Below the pieces are notes generated by a model. That model saw only the letters and a program-made list of their open reading frames with translations, did no database searches and was not told where the DNA came from. 53,908 nt of DNA, taken from assembly GCF_001194135.2 (NCBI RefSeq), contig NC_068982.1:46013457-46067364 (forward strand). The letters run 5' to 3'. How positions within the stretch are numbered: the first letter of the stretch is position 1; each line of letters begins with the position of its first letter. Positions 1 through 13,775 of this stretch are shown piece after piece. The position numbers and the translations under genes were made by a program. The DNA comes from Octopus bimaculoides. Lineage: Eukaryota.

Positions 1-764
1 GAGAGAGAGAGAGAGAGAGAGAGTGAGAAAATGATGCAGAATTGCAAGTAGACAAATACAGGAACAAAGACAGAATCAAAGTCACAGCAAGCAGAGAAAC
101 TGACGGACATTCGGATAGATTGTCAGATAGATACACTGGTGGATAGACAGATGAACACACAGACAGACAGATAGTAAACTAAACTGCTGTGTGGAGTGTT
201 TTAGTACTATTTCCTCGATATAAATGCTTTCTAAAGCTGCAAGAGAAGAGATTACATGATACAGTGTATGTACATATTAGAACTATTGATTTCTTTTGTC
301 TCGGCAAAGGGACAAATTTTGCAGGTGAGAATGTGATGACGATTGAATTGTCGTTCTTCTATTATTTATTACATATTTTATGGAGTATGTAGCAATGAAA
401 TCTAAATTCAAACCGGCTGATATTTCAATCACCAGTGAAGTAATGTGGTTTATTATTATGTATTGTACTAAAGTATGAAACGTACTGTCTGTACTGTTCC
501 TCGACTGATGCAGTGATTGATGGCCATCAGTACTGACCGCCGTTCTCCTCTTCATAAGAATATTATATAAAAATGTGTGTGTGTGCGTTTGCATGTTTGT
601 TACATCATTGCATTACTTTTCACATGTGTATGGGTATATGTTTATATACACAAACACAACCATATAGATATACATACATGCATAAAAACACATATATACA
701 CGCTCATATATAAGTGTGTGTGTGTATGTATGTATGTATGTATGTATGTATATATGTATGGATG

Positions 765-811
<47 letters not shown>

Positions 812-1479
812 NNNNNNNNNNNNNNNNNNNNNNNNNNNNNNNNNNNNNNNNNNNNNNNNNNNNNNNNNNNNNNNNNNNNNNNNNNNNNNNNNNNNNNNNN
901 NNNNNNNNNNNNNNNNNNNNNNNNNNNNNNNNNNNNNNNNNNNNNNNNNNNNNNNNNNNNNNNNNNNNNNNNNNNNNNNNNNNNNNNNNNNNNNNNNNNN
1001 NNNNNNNNNNNNNNNNNNNNNNNNNNNNNNNNNNNNNNNNNNNNNNNNNNNNNNNNNNNNNNNNNNNNNNNNNNNNNNNNNNNNNNNNNNNNNNNNNNNN
1101 NNNNNNNNNNNNNNNNNNNNNNNNNNNNNNNNNNNNNNNNNNNNNNNNNNNNNNNNNNNNNNNNNNNNNNNNNNNNNNNNNNNNNNNNNNNNNNNNNNNN
1201 NNNNNNNNNNNNNNNNNNNNNNNNNNNNNNNNNNNNNNNNNNNNNNNNNNNNNNNNNNNNNNNNNNNNNNNNNNNNNNNNNNNNNNNNNNNNNNNNNNNN
1301 NNNNNNNNNNNNNNNNNNNNNNNNNNNNNNNNNNNNNNNNNNNNNNNNNNNNNNNNNNNNNNNNNNNNNNNNNNNNNNNNNNNNNNNNNNNNNNNNNNNN
1401 NNNNNNNNNNNNNNNNNNNNNNNNNNNNNNNNNNNNNNNNNNNNNNNNNNNNNNNNNNNNNNNNNNNNNNNNNNNNNNN

Positions 1480-1599
1480 AAGAAGAAGAAGAAGAAGAAG
1501 AAGAAGAAGAAGAAGAAGAAGAAGAAGAAGAAGAAGAAGAAGAAGAAGAAGAAGAAGAAGAAGAAGAAGAAGAAGAAGAAGAAGAAGAAGAAGAAGAAG
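1480..1599. repeat. Perfect (AAG)n microsatellite, about 40 units, abutting an N gap
   Basis: Uninterrupted AAG repeat from the end of the gap to 1599. Confidence 0.98.
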
Positions 1600-2099
1600 C
1601 CCTCCCATACTCTCCACACCAGACACCAACAAATCCTATACACTTTCGCTCGACTTGCTAGAATTCGGAGCTAATTTCACTCAAATTACACTCGACTGTC
1701 ATTTATATGGAATGCTACATTGCATAATGTTAACCATGTTGCTTAAAAAAAACAAAAAACTGACAAGATTTAATGGATGATATAGTCTATTCTATTAAAG
1801 CTGACCAAAGTCTCAGTTCAAAGACAGTCACAATAAAATAGTTTCGGATACTATTTGATCCCATGTATGCTCACATATACATGTGCATGATTATGTCTTG
1901 TAGTTGACCAGTCACGATGGTTAGACATAGAGTGTGATTTGAAACCTATGTAGTAAATGAGGCGACTGCATATTCACAGACACATATTCGCACAGAGTTA
2001 TGCCAATTTATTCAGAAGCACAAACAGTCGAACACACAAATACACACACACACACACATGCACATGCGCACACATACCTATACACATGAAATCAAAACT

Positions 2100-2420
2100 G
2101 GTACTCCGTCGGTTATAATGATGAGGGTTCTAGTTGTTCCGGTCAACGGAAAAGCCTGCTTGTGAAATTAACGTGCAAATGGCTGAGCACTCCACAGACA
2201 CGCGTACCCATAACATAGCCCTCAAGGAGTTTCAGTGTGGCTCAGAATGTGACAAGGCCGGTCCTTTGAAATAGAAATGCTACTCATTTTTGTCAACTGA
2301 GTGGACTGGAGGAACGTGAAATAAAGTGTCTTGCTCAAGGACACAACGCGCCGTGGGAAATCGAACTCATGACCCTACGATCACGAGCCGAATACCCTAA
2401 ACACTATGCCACGTGCCATC
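2100..2420 (-). mobile_element. tRNA-derived SINE, family A, full length
   Basis: Minus strand reads GGCACGTGGCATAGTGTTTAGGG (A box) ... GAGTTCGATTTCC (B box), then GTGTCCTTGAGCAAGACACTTTATTTCACG (CORE/Meta-like central segment). The 3' body ends ACCGACGGAGTACC. Homologous to 43469-43776. Confidence 0.9.
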
Positions 2421-4386
2421 ACTATACACATACAAAGTGTAATGTAACTGTTCTAAATTTATTTGTGAACATGGCAACGAGAGTATTCTTAGTGTCTTGT
2501 CAGTGATGTTGGCAATGATAATAGCTTTTGATGATGTTGATGGCTGTTCTTATTGCTATTATTGTTATTTAGGTTTCATGTCAACCCTAATCGTACAGAC
2601 CAATGATCAATGGCAGTTCCAGTCTTGACCTCCTCATAGACAATAGTGCGTGATTTCAGGGAGATTTACCCGTTATTTCAAATTTACATTGTAAGTATTT
2701 TGTTTGAAGTGGAAATCGAAATCGAAACCTCAAAAACTCATTTCTGTGCTGTTATTGACTGTTTAATGCAAGACGAAGTCTCATTGCCATGAATAGACAA
2801 CATTTACGAAGATGATTCCAATGAAGGAAGTTGTGTGTCCGCAAACTGGCACACTCACTGAGGAAACTACAAAATCCTTAGAATTGCACACCGCAAAAAA
2901 AAAAAAAAAAAAAGCTTGTGCACCAGTATGTCCTTGGCGTGGTAGCAAAAACTAACCAAACTAAACGCATTTTTCATATTGGAAATAAGAAATTGTAAGT
3001 AACTCTACATCCGATATTGTACACCTGGAGTAGAAGATACAAGAAAATTCCTCAGTTCTTCAGTGTTATGTTACTTATCTTGATGTCTCACCAATTTGTG
3101 TGCAGATCGACTTCGCCTTTGATCTCTATGAGACCGGAAAGATCTCCTCATAAACACCAGGTACATCTCTTTTTCTGAATATCTTTGCGACCAAGTGCTA
3201 ATGTATGAAGTTCTTATCGTTACAAAGTTCAACGAATACATTTTTGGCAGATAGTGCTCATAATTACATGTTTTGAATTGGAAAAGTTTATATGCAATTG
3301 CAACCATCTAATAACGATTCATAAGTCTCGTTAACTTGATTATCCGGTTAAGTCTTATGTGAATTCCGTCTTTTCTCGTCTGAAGGACAATTTCTGTAGA
3401 ACGCTTTATAACGACGGCGGAAATATGAAAGTCACTTATTACAGTAGCCAATACCAAGAATATAAAGTGCTTCATCTGAGTGATACATGGATAATCTTTG
3501 TGAGTGAAACGTATAATTGATTATAGCTGGCCTTATAGTAAAGTCTCGTTAGCTGTATGAATTCATTTTATACTCTCAAGACAGTTGAAAACACGTCGTA
3601 GGAAACTACCACAACGTGCCTCTACTTCACAACGTTTCTGCTTCTAAAAGGGAATGAATAAATAATGAACAACTAACCAGAGCCACCTAATTCCAGTTTC
3701 AAACCCAAAGCTTTGAACTTTAGGCCTGTGTTGTCTACCAAGGCCTTGATTTGACTCAAGCTTTGTGAGTGAAAGCGTATTAAATGAGGCATTTAAGTAT
3801 TTATACATACACTGTTTACACAGACATAAGCTCAGTTACACAGAGACGCACACAAACATTTAAACATTTAAATACAAAAACACTCGTACGAAAGTACGTC
3901 AATAGGGATTGAAGCAATTGCTCTAAGCTGACAGTAGTAATATTTGATAATGAAAACTGTTTGGAGGCCAGTCGAACGCATTGTAATCGTCCTTGGATGC
4001 TAAACATACTCTTCCATCCTGTGTAACTTTAATCACTTGATATTTTGATGATTTTAGTAGAGTCTACTTCTGTTGTAAGTATATTATAGACACGGGAACA
4101 TTTCACTTAATTCGCAAGCTCAGTCAATGTGACACAGCGCGGAACAGCTCAACTGCGTTCAATCCTGTGTAGGCGGCTGACAGACTTCTGTACATTATTC
4201 TTCTATAATAATTGGATCGACAAGAGGCTATGAAAAGAAAATAATCACAAGTTGACAAGGTGGGAGATTGAACCTGCGAGCTCATGCTTGCAAATCGAAC
4301 TTCTTATACACATGCAACTATTGTTATTTGGGGCCACAAATGTAACCAAGCTCTATTGGTGAAAGTGAGCATGTTTTTTATATCGA

Positions 4387-4577
4387 TGCGGTAAGTACAC
4401 CGGGCAAAATGCTTAACACCATTTCGTCCATCCTAATGTTCTAAGTTCATATCCCGCTGGAGTCGACTTTGCGTTTCATCCCTTCAGGATCGATAAAATA
4501 AGTACCAGGGGTCGATGTAATTGATTAACCCCTTCCCCGAACATGCTGGCCTTGTGCCATAATTTGAAACCATTATT
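4387..4577 (+). mobile_element. SINE family B copy, 5'-degenerate
   Basis: Contains GTTCTAAGTTCATATCCCGCTGGAGTCGACTTTGCGTTTCATCCCTTCAGGATCGATAAAATAAGTACCAG and the tail GGCCTTGTGCCATAATTTGAAACCATTATT, shared with other B copies. Confidence 0.85.
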
Positions 4578-5253
4578 CGATAGAAATATATATCATCTCG
4601 TCTAGATCAAAGTATGGTCGCCCTCCGATACTTAAAAGAAAAGTAGTAGTCATGATATCTGGGACAATAAAAATCTTCAAGACTTGAAAGGGTGAATCGT
4701 TGCACGAAAGATGATAAAAAAGACGTTTTCTCGTTTTTCTTAGTTTAAAATTATTTAATTTGATGTCTGTTCTTTATAACTTCCCTATCCAGCCGCTAAC
4801 CCGCCATAATTATGACGTGTGAAAGAGTATCACGTTCTTAACAGCCTTAACCATGAAATGAAATCGAAAACTTAATCGCAATTTGTAACATAATGAAACA
4901 AGTTTGAGTGTTTCGTTGTAAATAACCTTAACTATGGTACTAAACGTAAGACGTAATCCTACTCATTGTAGAAACATGATAAAACAATGTTATGAAGATC
5001 TATATAACTATCCATCCAAACGGAAATAGGAAGATGCCGGTTCGTACGCTGTCTGTAGCTTCGACTTTCCTTCCAATCAAGGGTTTTTGAACCTAATATA
5101 TAACATGCTTTCAATTATGCCTGCATTTACTTCGAGATTCACCCTAGAAAGACGTACAGATATAGGGTGAAACTTTTCCACTCGTGCCGCTGGAACACTC
5201 TAATACACCGATCGGGAAGAATAAACGTACATTCATATTTCATGCATGCGTGT

Positions 5254-5672
5254 AAGGCGGTAAGCTGGCAAAATCGTTAGTACGCCGAGCAAAAGGCTTA
5301 GTGGCATTTCGTCCGTCTACACGTTCTGAGTTCAAATTCCACCGAGGACGACTTCATCTTTCATCCTTTCGATGGGTCAATAAAATAAGTACCACTTGAA
5401 CACAGTGAGTCGAACTTGCTGGCATTGTGCCAAAATTTGAAATCATTATTATTAAGGCGGCGAACTGGCAGAATCGTTAGCACACCCGACAAAATGCTTA
5501 ACGGTATTTCGTCCGTCTTCGTGTTCTGAGTTCAAATTCCACTAAGGTCGACTTTGCCTTCCATACTTTCGGTTTACGATAAAATAAGTACCAGTTACAC
5601 GTGGTGGAGTCAATGTAATCCACTTCACCTCTCTGACGAAATTGTGGACCTTGTGCCAAAATTTTAAACCAT
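5254..5672 (+). mobile_element. Two head-to-tail SINE family B copies (5254-5452 and 5454-5672)
   Basis: Each starts AAGGCGG..(A)GCTGGCA.AATCGTTAG, has the B box GAGTTCAAATTCC and ends TGTGCCAAAATTT.AAA(T/C)CAT. Confidence 0.9.
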
Positions 5673-5690
5673 GTTACATTCATGCATACG

Positions 5691-5721
<31 letters not shown>

Positions 5722-5972
5722 GCACACACGCACGCACGCACACACGCACGCACACAGAAACGCTCTTCGTTATCTCCACGAGGCTATCAACCATGCGTCT
5801 GACATCCACGACCACATATATAAACGTGTGGATATCTGCAGTGATATTTAGCCGACTTTTATTTACTTATTTATTTATTATTATTTTTTTTATGTTTTTG
5901 TTCTCCTCTTAAGCCGCTTTAATCGATAAACAGTTGGCTATTGAACAACACTCCGCCACTCAATTCCCTGCC

Positions 5973-5973
5973 T

Positions 5974-6020
<47 letters not shown>

Positions 6021-6107
6021 TTACTACTACAACTACCACCACCACCACCACCACCACCACTACCACCGTTACTAATACTAACACTACTACTGCTGCTGAT
6101 GATGATG

Positions 6108-6145
<38 letters not shown>

Positions 6146-6181
6146 AATAATGATCATGACGTTCATGATGACGACGACGAA
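5973..6181. repeat. Compound trinucleotide microsatellite (CTA)n-(CCA)n-(ATG)n-(ACG)n
   Basis: Successive perfect triplet runs are directly visible. Confidence 0.95.
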
Positions 6182-6464
6182 GATGTTGACGGTGATGAAG
6201 ATGGACACGCTGGTAGTATTGTGGAGGAAATGGCAGTGGTGGCGCTGGTGTTGTTGGCCGTGTTGGTGGTGCCGGTTGCAACAGGATGGTTTATCACAAT
6301 AGTAGACAGTGTAGACTAGTTACGTTTTAGATAAATTCCCTTATTCACCATTCCTTAGACATGCCATCAATCTCAGATGTACCTTCTGTGGCTTTGTTGC
6401 AGAGACAGGAGGACTGAATGGAGAGGCTCGATCGAATGATCGATACATATTGTGTGTATATACA

Positions 6465-6536
<72 letters not shown>

Positions 6537-7985
6537 NNNNNNNNNNNNNNNNNNNNNNNNNNNNNNNNNNNNNNNNNNNNNNNNNNNNNNNNNNNNNNNN
6601 NNNNNNNNNNNNNNNNNNNNNNNNNNNNNNNNNNNNNNNNNNNNNNNNNNNNNNNNNNNNNNNNNNNNNNNNNNNNNNNNNNNNNNNNNNNNNNNNNNNN
6701 NNNNNNNNNNNNNNNNNNNNNNNNNNNNNNNNNNNNNNNNNNNNNNNNNNNNNNNNNNNNNNNNNNNNNNNNNNNNNNNNNNNNNNNNNNNNNNNNNNNN
6801 NNNNNNNNNNNNNNNNNNNNNNNNNNNNNNNNNNNNNNNNNNNNNNNNNNNNNNNNNNNNNNNNNNNNNNNNNNNNNNNNNNNNNNNNNNNNNNNNNNNN
6901 NNNNNNNNNNNNNNNNNNNNNNNNNNNNNNNNNNNNNNNNNNNNNNNNNNNNNNNNNNNNNNNNNNNNNNNNNNNNNNNNNNNNNNNNNNNNNNNNNNNN
7001 NNNNNNNNNNNNNNNNNNNNNNNNNNNNNNNNNNNNNNNNNNNNNNNNNNNNNNNNNNNNNNNNNNNNNNNNNNNNNNNNNNNNNNNNNNNNNNNNNNNN
7101 NNNNNNNNNNNNNNNNNNNNNNNNNNNNNNNNNNNNNNNNNNNNNNNNNNNNNNNNNNNNNNNNNNNNNNNNNNNNNNNNNNNNNNNNNNNNNNNNNNNN
7201 NNNNNNNNNNNNNNNNNNNNNNNNNNNNNNNNNNNNNNNNNNNNNNNNNNNNNNNNNNNNNNNNNNNNNNNNNNNNNNNNNNNNNNNNNNNNNNNNNTGT
7301 GTGTGTATGTGGGTGTGTGCGTATGTGTGTATGTGTGTGGATGTGCGTGTGTGTGTGTGTTTATGTGTGTCTGTATGTGTGTTTCCGTGTGCGCGTGTGT
7401 GTATATTTTTTTTGTGCGTGCGTGTATGTGTATATTGTGTATGTTTTCGTGCGTGCGTGTGTGTTATGTATGTGAGTGAGTATTGTGTATGTGAGAGGTG
7501 TGTGTGCGTGTGTGCATGTGTGTATATGTGTATGTGTGCATGTGTGTATATGTGTATGTGTGCATGTGTGTATATGTGTCTGTGTGTTGTGTATGTGTGT
7601 GTGTGTGTGTGGTTTTATATATATATATATATATATAAATATTTAGTATTTAAACAAGTATACACATGCTTGTCTGTCTGTCTATCTATCTATCTATCTA
7701 TGTGTGTCTATGCATATATATATGTATTATATATATATATATAGCAGTTTTTTGTGATGTTTTTGCAGCGTTAATAATAAAGCATATCACTCTACCTCCG
7801 GTATTCGAGTACTATTTCTACCCACTTTGTTTCAATGTAGTATATATATAGATATATATATATATAGATAGATAGATTAATGCATAAGTATATATACATA
7901 CACATAGATATACATATTAATATACATACATACATACATACATATATATATATATGTATATTTATATGTATATCTATGTGTATAC

Positions 7986-8019
<34 letters not shown>

Positions 8020-8711
8020 NNNNNNNNNNNNNNNNNNNNNNNNNNNNNNNNNNNNNNNNNNNNNNNNNNNNNNNNNNNNNNNNNNNNNNNNNNNNNNNNN
8101 NNNNNNNNNNNNNNNNNNNNNNNNNNNNNNNNNNNNNNNNNNNNNNNNNNNNNNNNNNNNNNNNNNNNNNNNNNNNNNNNNNNNNNNNNNNNNNNNNNNN
8201 NNNNNNNNNNNNNNNNNNNNNNNNNNNNNNNNNNNNNNNNNNNNNNNNNNNNNNNNNNNNNNNNNNNNNNNNNNNNNNNNNNNNNNNNNNNNNNNNNNNN
8301 NNNNNNNNNNNNNNNNNNNNNNNNNNNNNNNNNNNNNNNNNNNNNNNNNNNNNNNNNNNNNNNNNNNNNNNNNNNNNNNNNNNNNNNNNNNNNNNNNNNN
8401 NNNNNNNNNNNNNNNNNNNNNNNNNNNNNNNNNNNNNNNNNNNNNNNNNNNNNNNNNNNNNNNNNNNNNNNNNNNNNNNNNNNNNNNNNNNNNNNNNNNN
8501 NNNNNNNNNNNNNNNNNNNNNNNNNNNNNNNNNNNNNNNNNNNNNNNNTATAGATAGATGTGTGAGAGTGTGTGTAGAATATGTGTGCATACACACACAT
8601 GCACACACACACACACACACACTCCACTTTAGGCGGTAAGTATATTTTTTTTCCCTATTCGTAGGTACAAACGTTCACCATTACACACACATACACACAG
8701 GCACACACACA

Positions 8712-8748
<37 letters not shown>

Positions 8749-9560
8749 TTATATAGAGATACAGTGATATAGGAGACAGAAAAAGAGAGATTGATAACAT
8801 GAGTATATAGAGGCATGTGTGGTAAGTAGATACATAGAAAGATGTAGAAATAGTGTGTGGAAGAAAGTAAAGAAGAGCAAGAGACAAAGTGATAAGGAAT
8901 TGGTAACTGAGTAGCTGACAGTATGAATGATTGAATGAAGAAATAATGGCAGGAATCGTAGACGATTTGAATGTGAAAGAAGTGGGAAGAAAGATGAGAA
9001 CAGGCAGCCAGACAGGTATACAGATAGTCTGGTGAATAAAATGAATGGCGAGCGCTCGCGCGCGCACACACGTGCTCACACATGCACACAAACGCATAAA
9101 TGCGTATTGCATACCCACATACACACAAATATATACACACAGATCTGTCTAAATGCATGAGCACCCCACTAAGTTGCTCAGTGGTTCTATGGGTCTAGGG
9201 ACCAGATCCTAACTTAAATTAACCCATGTGTGTTATCATTGAGTAAGCAGGAGCCATATGTACTGCTTTGTTTGCAGGCTCTGTCAAGATGTCCCTGCAC
9301 ACGTACTGACACTCAACCACACACACACACACTCACAGGTAGGGCGATCCTGACATTTTCAGCCTAGGATATCTTTGACAATAATTCAAAATGGTGCATT
9401 TTCTTCAAGTTAAGTATGTCACCTCAGAATATTTGAAACTACTCCCAAATGTGCGCTCGCATGTGTTTGTGTATGTCTGTCTGCTCAGGTATTTCCTGCC
9501 CATTATAATTACAATAATAATTGGTATAATATTTTCACATCTGACTTGTTGAATGTTGTA

Positions 9561-9584
9561 CCCAGACTTTGTAGACACTCTGTA
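9561..9584 (-). mobile_element. Possible solitary Tc1/mariner-like terminal inverted repeat
   Basis: Reverse complement is TACAGAGTGTCTACAAAGTCTGGG, resembling TA+CAGGGTGT-type TIRs. No partner end found. Confidence 0.3.
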
Positions 9585-10299
9585 GTATACGTAAGTCAAT
9601 TTGTGTGTGCTTATGTGTGTGTGTGTGTGTGAAAACAAATACAATTTTTTTTTCGGAAGTCACTCATCTAATTGTTGATCTTAACAGATATAATATAGAA
9701 TAGTGCTGTGTTCCTACTTTGAAGTTTAAGAATACAACTGTTTTGAACATTGACAATTCATTATAATTTATAGCATTTTTTGTACCCTTGCCTCGAAATA
9801 ATAATTGAAAATGTTTTTCGATACAGGCAACTGTTAATATTTGTTGAGCGTTATATGTGTATGCTTACACGTATAGTCCTCAATCGAATTATTCTTTCAC
9901 ACAGAGAAGGGGAGATAAAAATAATTAGAGAAAGGAAGAGAGAGGAAACGAAAGGGGAAGAGAAAGAGAAATAGGAATAATTTTTTCGTCTTCCCTTCGC
10001 CGTTCTGTGTCTGTCCTTCTCTCTCCCTCTCTTCCTCCTTTGCTCTCTCGTTGCTCGCACGTGACAATCGGCCATCTTTCTTTTCCTAACTTGAGTTTCT
10101 TTCTTTCATTCAGATCAGCGGCTAAGATCAGATGCATTCTTGTCTGTCTCCAGCATTCACCACCTCACCTCGTTAAGGCTTAGCAGCCCTTTCTGTTTGT
10201 TTCACTGTCCTGTTTTTGTTATCAACTTTGACCCTCCGCAAAATCCCAAATTTTATTTAATTTGCTTTGCGGGAGCAACTGTTTTGTCGAAGGCGTATC

Positions 10300-10480
10300 T
10301 TGTGAATTGATCGAAATACGGAGTAGAAAAATAGACGACAACTGATGAAGGGTCGTTGTTTATGTTGCTTGTCTTGTCTTCCATTTGTTTCTTTCGTTGT
10401 TCGCTAAAAATGTTCGTATTCCATGTTTTCGTATTTCCTGTTGTTTACGTTCTATGACGTCCTGTACCCATATATGCATA
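10300..10480 (+). mobile_element. Penelope-like terminal repeat remnant
   Basis: Contains CTGATGAAGGG followed by a T-rich tail ending ACGTTCTATGACGTCCTGTACCCATATAT. This end closely matches ACGTTTTGTGACGTCATGTACCCACATAT at about 36545-36575, downstream of a GIY-YIG-like remnant. Confidence 0.5.
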
Positions 10481-10742
10481 TGTATATACATATATATGTT
10501 AGTATGTACATATATGTATGTATATATGCATATATATATATTATTTATATTATATTATATATGTATATGGAAGAATTCCTCAAGATTTTTCTCAGTGAAG
10601 TCAGGAAGTTGTATGAATCAATTCCTAGACGAATCGAAGCTGTTCAGAAAGCTAAATGAAGACCAACTCCATGTTATATAAATATTCGCTGAATTTAACA
10701 CGTGTTCCAATTATTTTGTCCAACCCCTGTGTATATATATCA

Positions 10743-10777
10743 AGAGAGAGAGGGGGAGAGAGAGAGGGAGAGAGAGA

Positions 10778-10844
<67 letters not shown>
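10743..10844. repeat. (GA)n microsatellite
   Basis: Direct sequence. Confidence 0.95.
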
Positions 10845-10845
<1 letters not shown>

Positions 10846-13591
10846 AATGTGTTTAATTGAGAGTATTGTGTAATATAACACAACATAATTGGTAGAAGGT
10901 AAACTTATGAGTGGGTTGTGTAATATTTTTTAGTGACATACGCAACGGGTAAATTCCAAGTGACAATTTATGGAATGTATGCATCCTTTAACCCTACATA
11001 TTGCAAACAATGAAGAACCAGATCCACTGTCACTATTATAGTTGTAAAAACAATAGCAGTTAGAAAAACGATAAACGCTGGGAAATATTGTCTAAACGTA
11101 ATTAAATATCTTCAGGTAATTACAACATAAGAACGATGATTGAGCATATGTTCGTGTCAGTTAAACATCACACTAAAGGTTCATGTCTTTATATTCAATG
11201 ACAAGCTATTGAAATGAAAGAAAAATAACACTTATTAAAGTTGGAAATTCTATGGGCTATCTCCAATATCTTTATGCGTAGTTCGGTGGTCAATTATATG
11301 ATGCAAACTAACATTCTTGCATTTGACCGCAGCTGTTTTGTTGACAACATTCACCTTGATGTCAAAAATAAAAAAGAATAAAAAAAATCATTCCGTTGTC
11401 ACGTGCGATTGAATTGGGAATACTGTATTTACCTTAAAACAGTTAGGTATTACTATCCACAAAAGCATAAAATAAACCGTTTTTACTGTTACAGGCATCT
11501 CAAAATTTGGACAAAGCGCATAATCCTCAACGATACACCAAAACATATTACATAAAACCCATGATCAACTAGCACTTGATTCTAAAATACGAACTTGTGC
11601 TTGAAGCTGGTTAAATCAACATCTTCTAAGCAGCCACTTGTGTCAACTTCAAAACGATAAAAAAAACTTATTCAACTCTCAACGTACACACACATAGATG
11701 CATACATACATATTTACACTTGCAGGAATACATACATACATGCATGCACATGTACACACACATACACACACACACACACACGCACACACACACACACACA
11801 CACAAGCAGAACTAGAGAGCGTTTTTAAGGAGGCAAGAAATGGCTTGAGAATATACTAAGAAACGATGTACATGCTGTACGTCCTCAAATAGTCTTGTTA
11901 TGATAATAGTGTTTATAACATAACAAGATTCTAAATACAGTAATTAGAGACAAAAATATAGTGTCTAAGATTAGTTGGTAACATGAAAATACGATACTTG
12001 ATAATGCAATTTCCGTAGATGTCATGCCCAGTGGTGAAATAGTCAACAAATTTATGGAAGTCCTGGGGAAAATAGGTAGTTTAATCACAGCTATCATTCG
12101 TAAATCTTACTCCTTTGACAAGCATATTTGTTGAGAAAAGATTACATTTGTGAAGGACAAACCTACATATCAATTGCAAGAACAAATAGTTCGTATTCTA
12201 CATATATACAATGTTTGGAAAGTTCCTGTGCAAATCTCGGTGAATCTGCTAATAAGAGAAGACAGCCTGAAGCATAGATGAAAGGTTTGCGGTGTATTGA
12301 AATAGCAACATGGAAAGGAAGAAAACCTTTAACTTTACTTTATTAACATGCGTTGAACAAACATGACAGATCGATCGATAGCCTCAGTGTGATATTATAT
12401 CAATACAACCGAAAGATTCAATGTTGAAGTTTTCAGAAGAAGAAAAAAGCAAGACCAAAATCAAAAAAGAAACGAGATGTACATGACCTGGAACTCAGAC
12501 AACGATAATAACAACCCTATTTCGCAGTGGGTTTGTATCACTAAAAGGTACTGATACGTCCCACTGACATGACATTTACTGTATTAATATACTATTTTAC
12601 CTTTACTATACAAGCCAATTAAGGGAAAATAAATATATTACGCAGTCAATCAGTATGCTAGAAATAGCAGCAAGGTCTCAATGAAATTATGTCCTCTTAA
12701 AAATCAGACATACACATTTGATGATTAAAGACCTTTAGGGCCATAGTTTTTCACTATGCAACCATGATATACTACAAAGTATATTAAACGCTTTTATAAA
12801 TCATGGTTCTACTGTGTTACCAGTGCTACTACATCACTCGTTAACGTTAACTACACAGATTTTCTACAGAAACTATAGCCTGCACTGATTTTGTTTAGAT
12901 CAAGCGTCTTGGATACGAAGCGTCGTAACAATTTTCTATAGAAAATTGTAGAGATAAGCTTAACATTTGATGATGTAATTTTAGGACACAGTATATGTCA
13001 GTGAGAGACTGAAGTACCTTTGATCATAAATATGCTCATTCTAGCCTAGTTGAGCTCTACAATAACATTTTTTTTTACTTTTGTTTATATATCTAAAACT
13101 ACTTTGGCACTAATATACATCGTACTTTTATTTGTTGCTTTTTTTGGCTTATAAGAAGACGGAATTGAGACTACATACTTTGTAGACTTTCCGAGACATA
13201 GGAGATGTATGTGATTAATTTTGTACTTGAACGACGATCTGCGATTCAAAAACATGACCAGCGAAGAATTTCCAGAGGTTTGGTGTATAGGGAGGAAGGA
13301 GTGGATATGGCAGTTACTACGTAATCTGGTGGGAACGAACAATTTGAGTAATGAAGTGAGAAGAGAGTGGAAGTAATTAGATGAGTCTGTATGACGCTGA
13401 CATGAAGAACAGCGGTCGATTTGTAGAGTTAAAACTAAAACTATATTCAGCTATTTATAGAGTCTTAAAAGCTTAATGATCCAGACAAATTATAAATGTG
13501 GCTTGGTTAAAAATATAAGTAGAGTATAAACCGTTGTAGATATCTATTAACTGCTAGCAAAATGTTTAATATTCAAATATTAAAAAATAAT

Positions 13592-13775
13592 GGTGGATTG
13601 GTGAAATCGTTAGAGAGCGATACTTACGTCTATTTCTGTTATCAGCTCAAATCCCGTCGAGACTGACTTTGTCTTTTAATCGACCAAGGAGGATATAATA
13701 AAGTCCCAGTCAAATATTGGAGTGATTTAATTTAATATTCACTTGCCTTAAAACCTGAGGCCTTCTGTTTAAGTA
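13592..13775 (+). mobile_element. Highly diverged SINE family B copy
   Basis: GGTGGATTGGTGAAATCGTTAG ... AGCTCAAATCCCGTCGAGACTGACTTTGTCTTT ... GAGGCCTT follows the family B layout. Confidence 0.55.

Noticed and set aside
3105-3160. IDFAFDLYETGKIS as an EF-hand-like exon
   Set aside because: There is an in-frame TAA before the donor, and the only open frame gives an unrelated peptide.
5934-6302. Poly-Leu/Pro/Met ORFs
   Set aside because: These come from a compound microsatellite that is open in several frames on both strands.
577-8627. Long ORFs in the supplied track that span N runs (also at 19.3-21.9, 36.5-37.1, 40.7-43.1, 48.4-49.3 and 52.6-53.4 kb)
   Set aside because: They are open only because N and (TA)n/(CA)n codons contain no stops.
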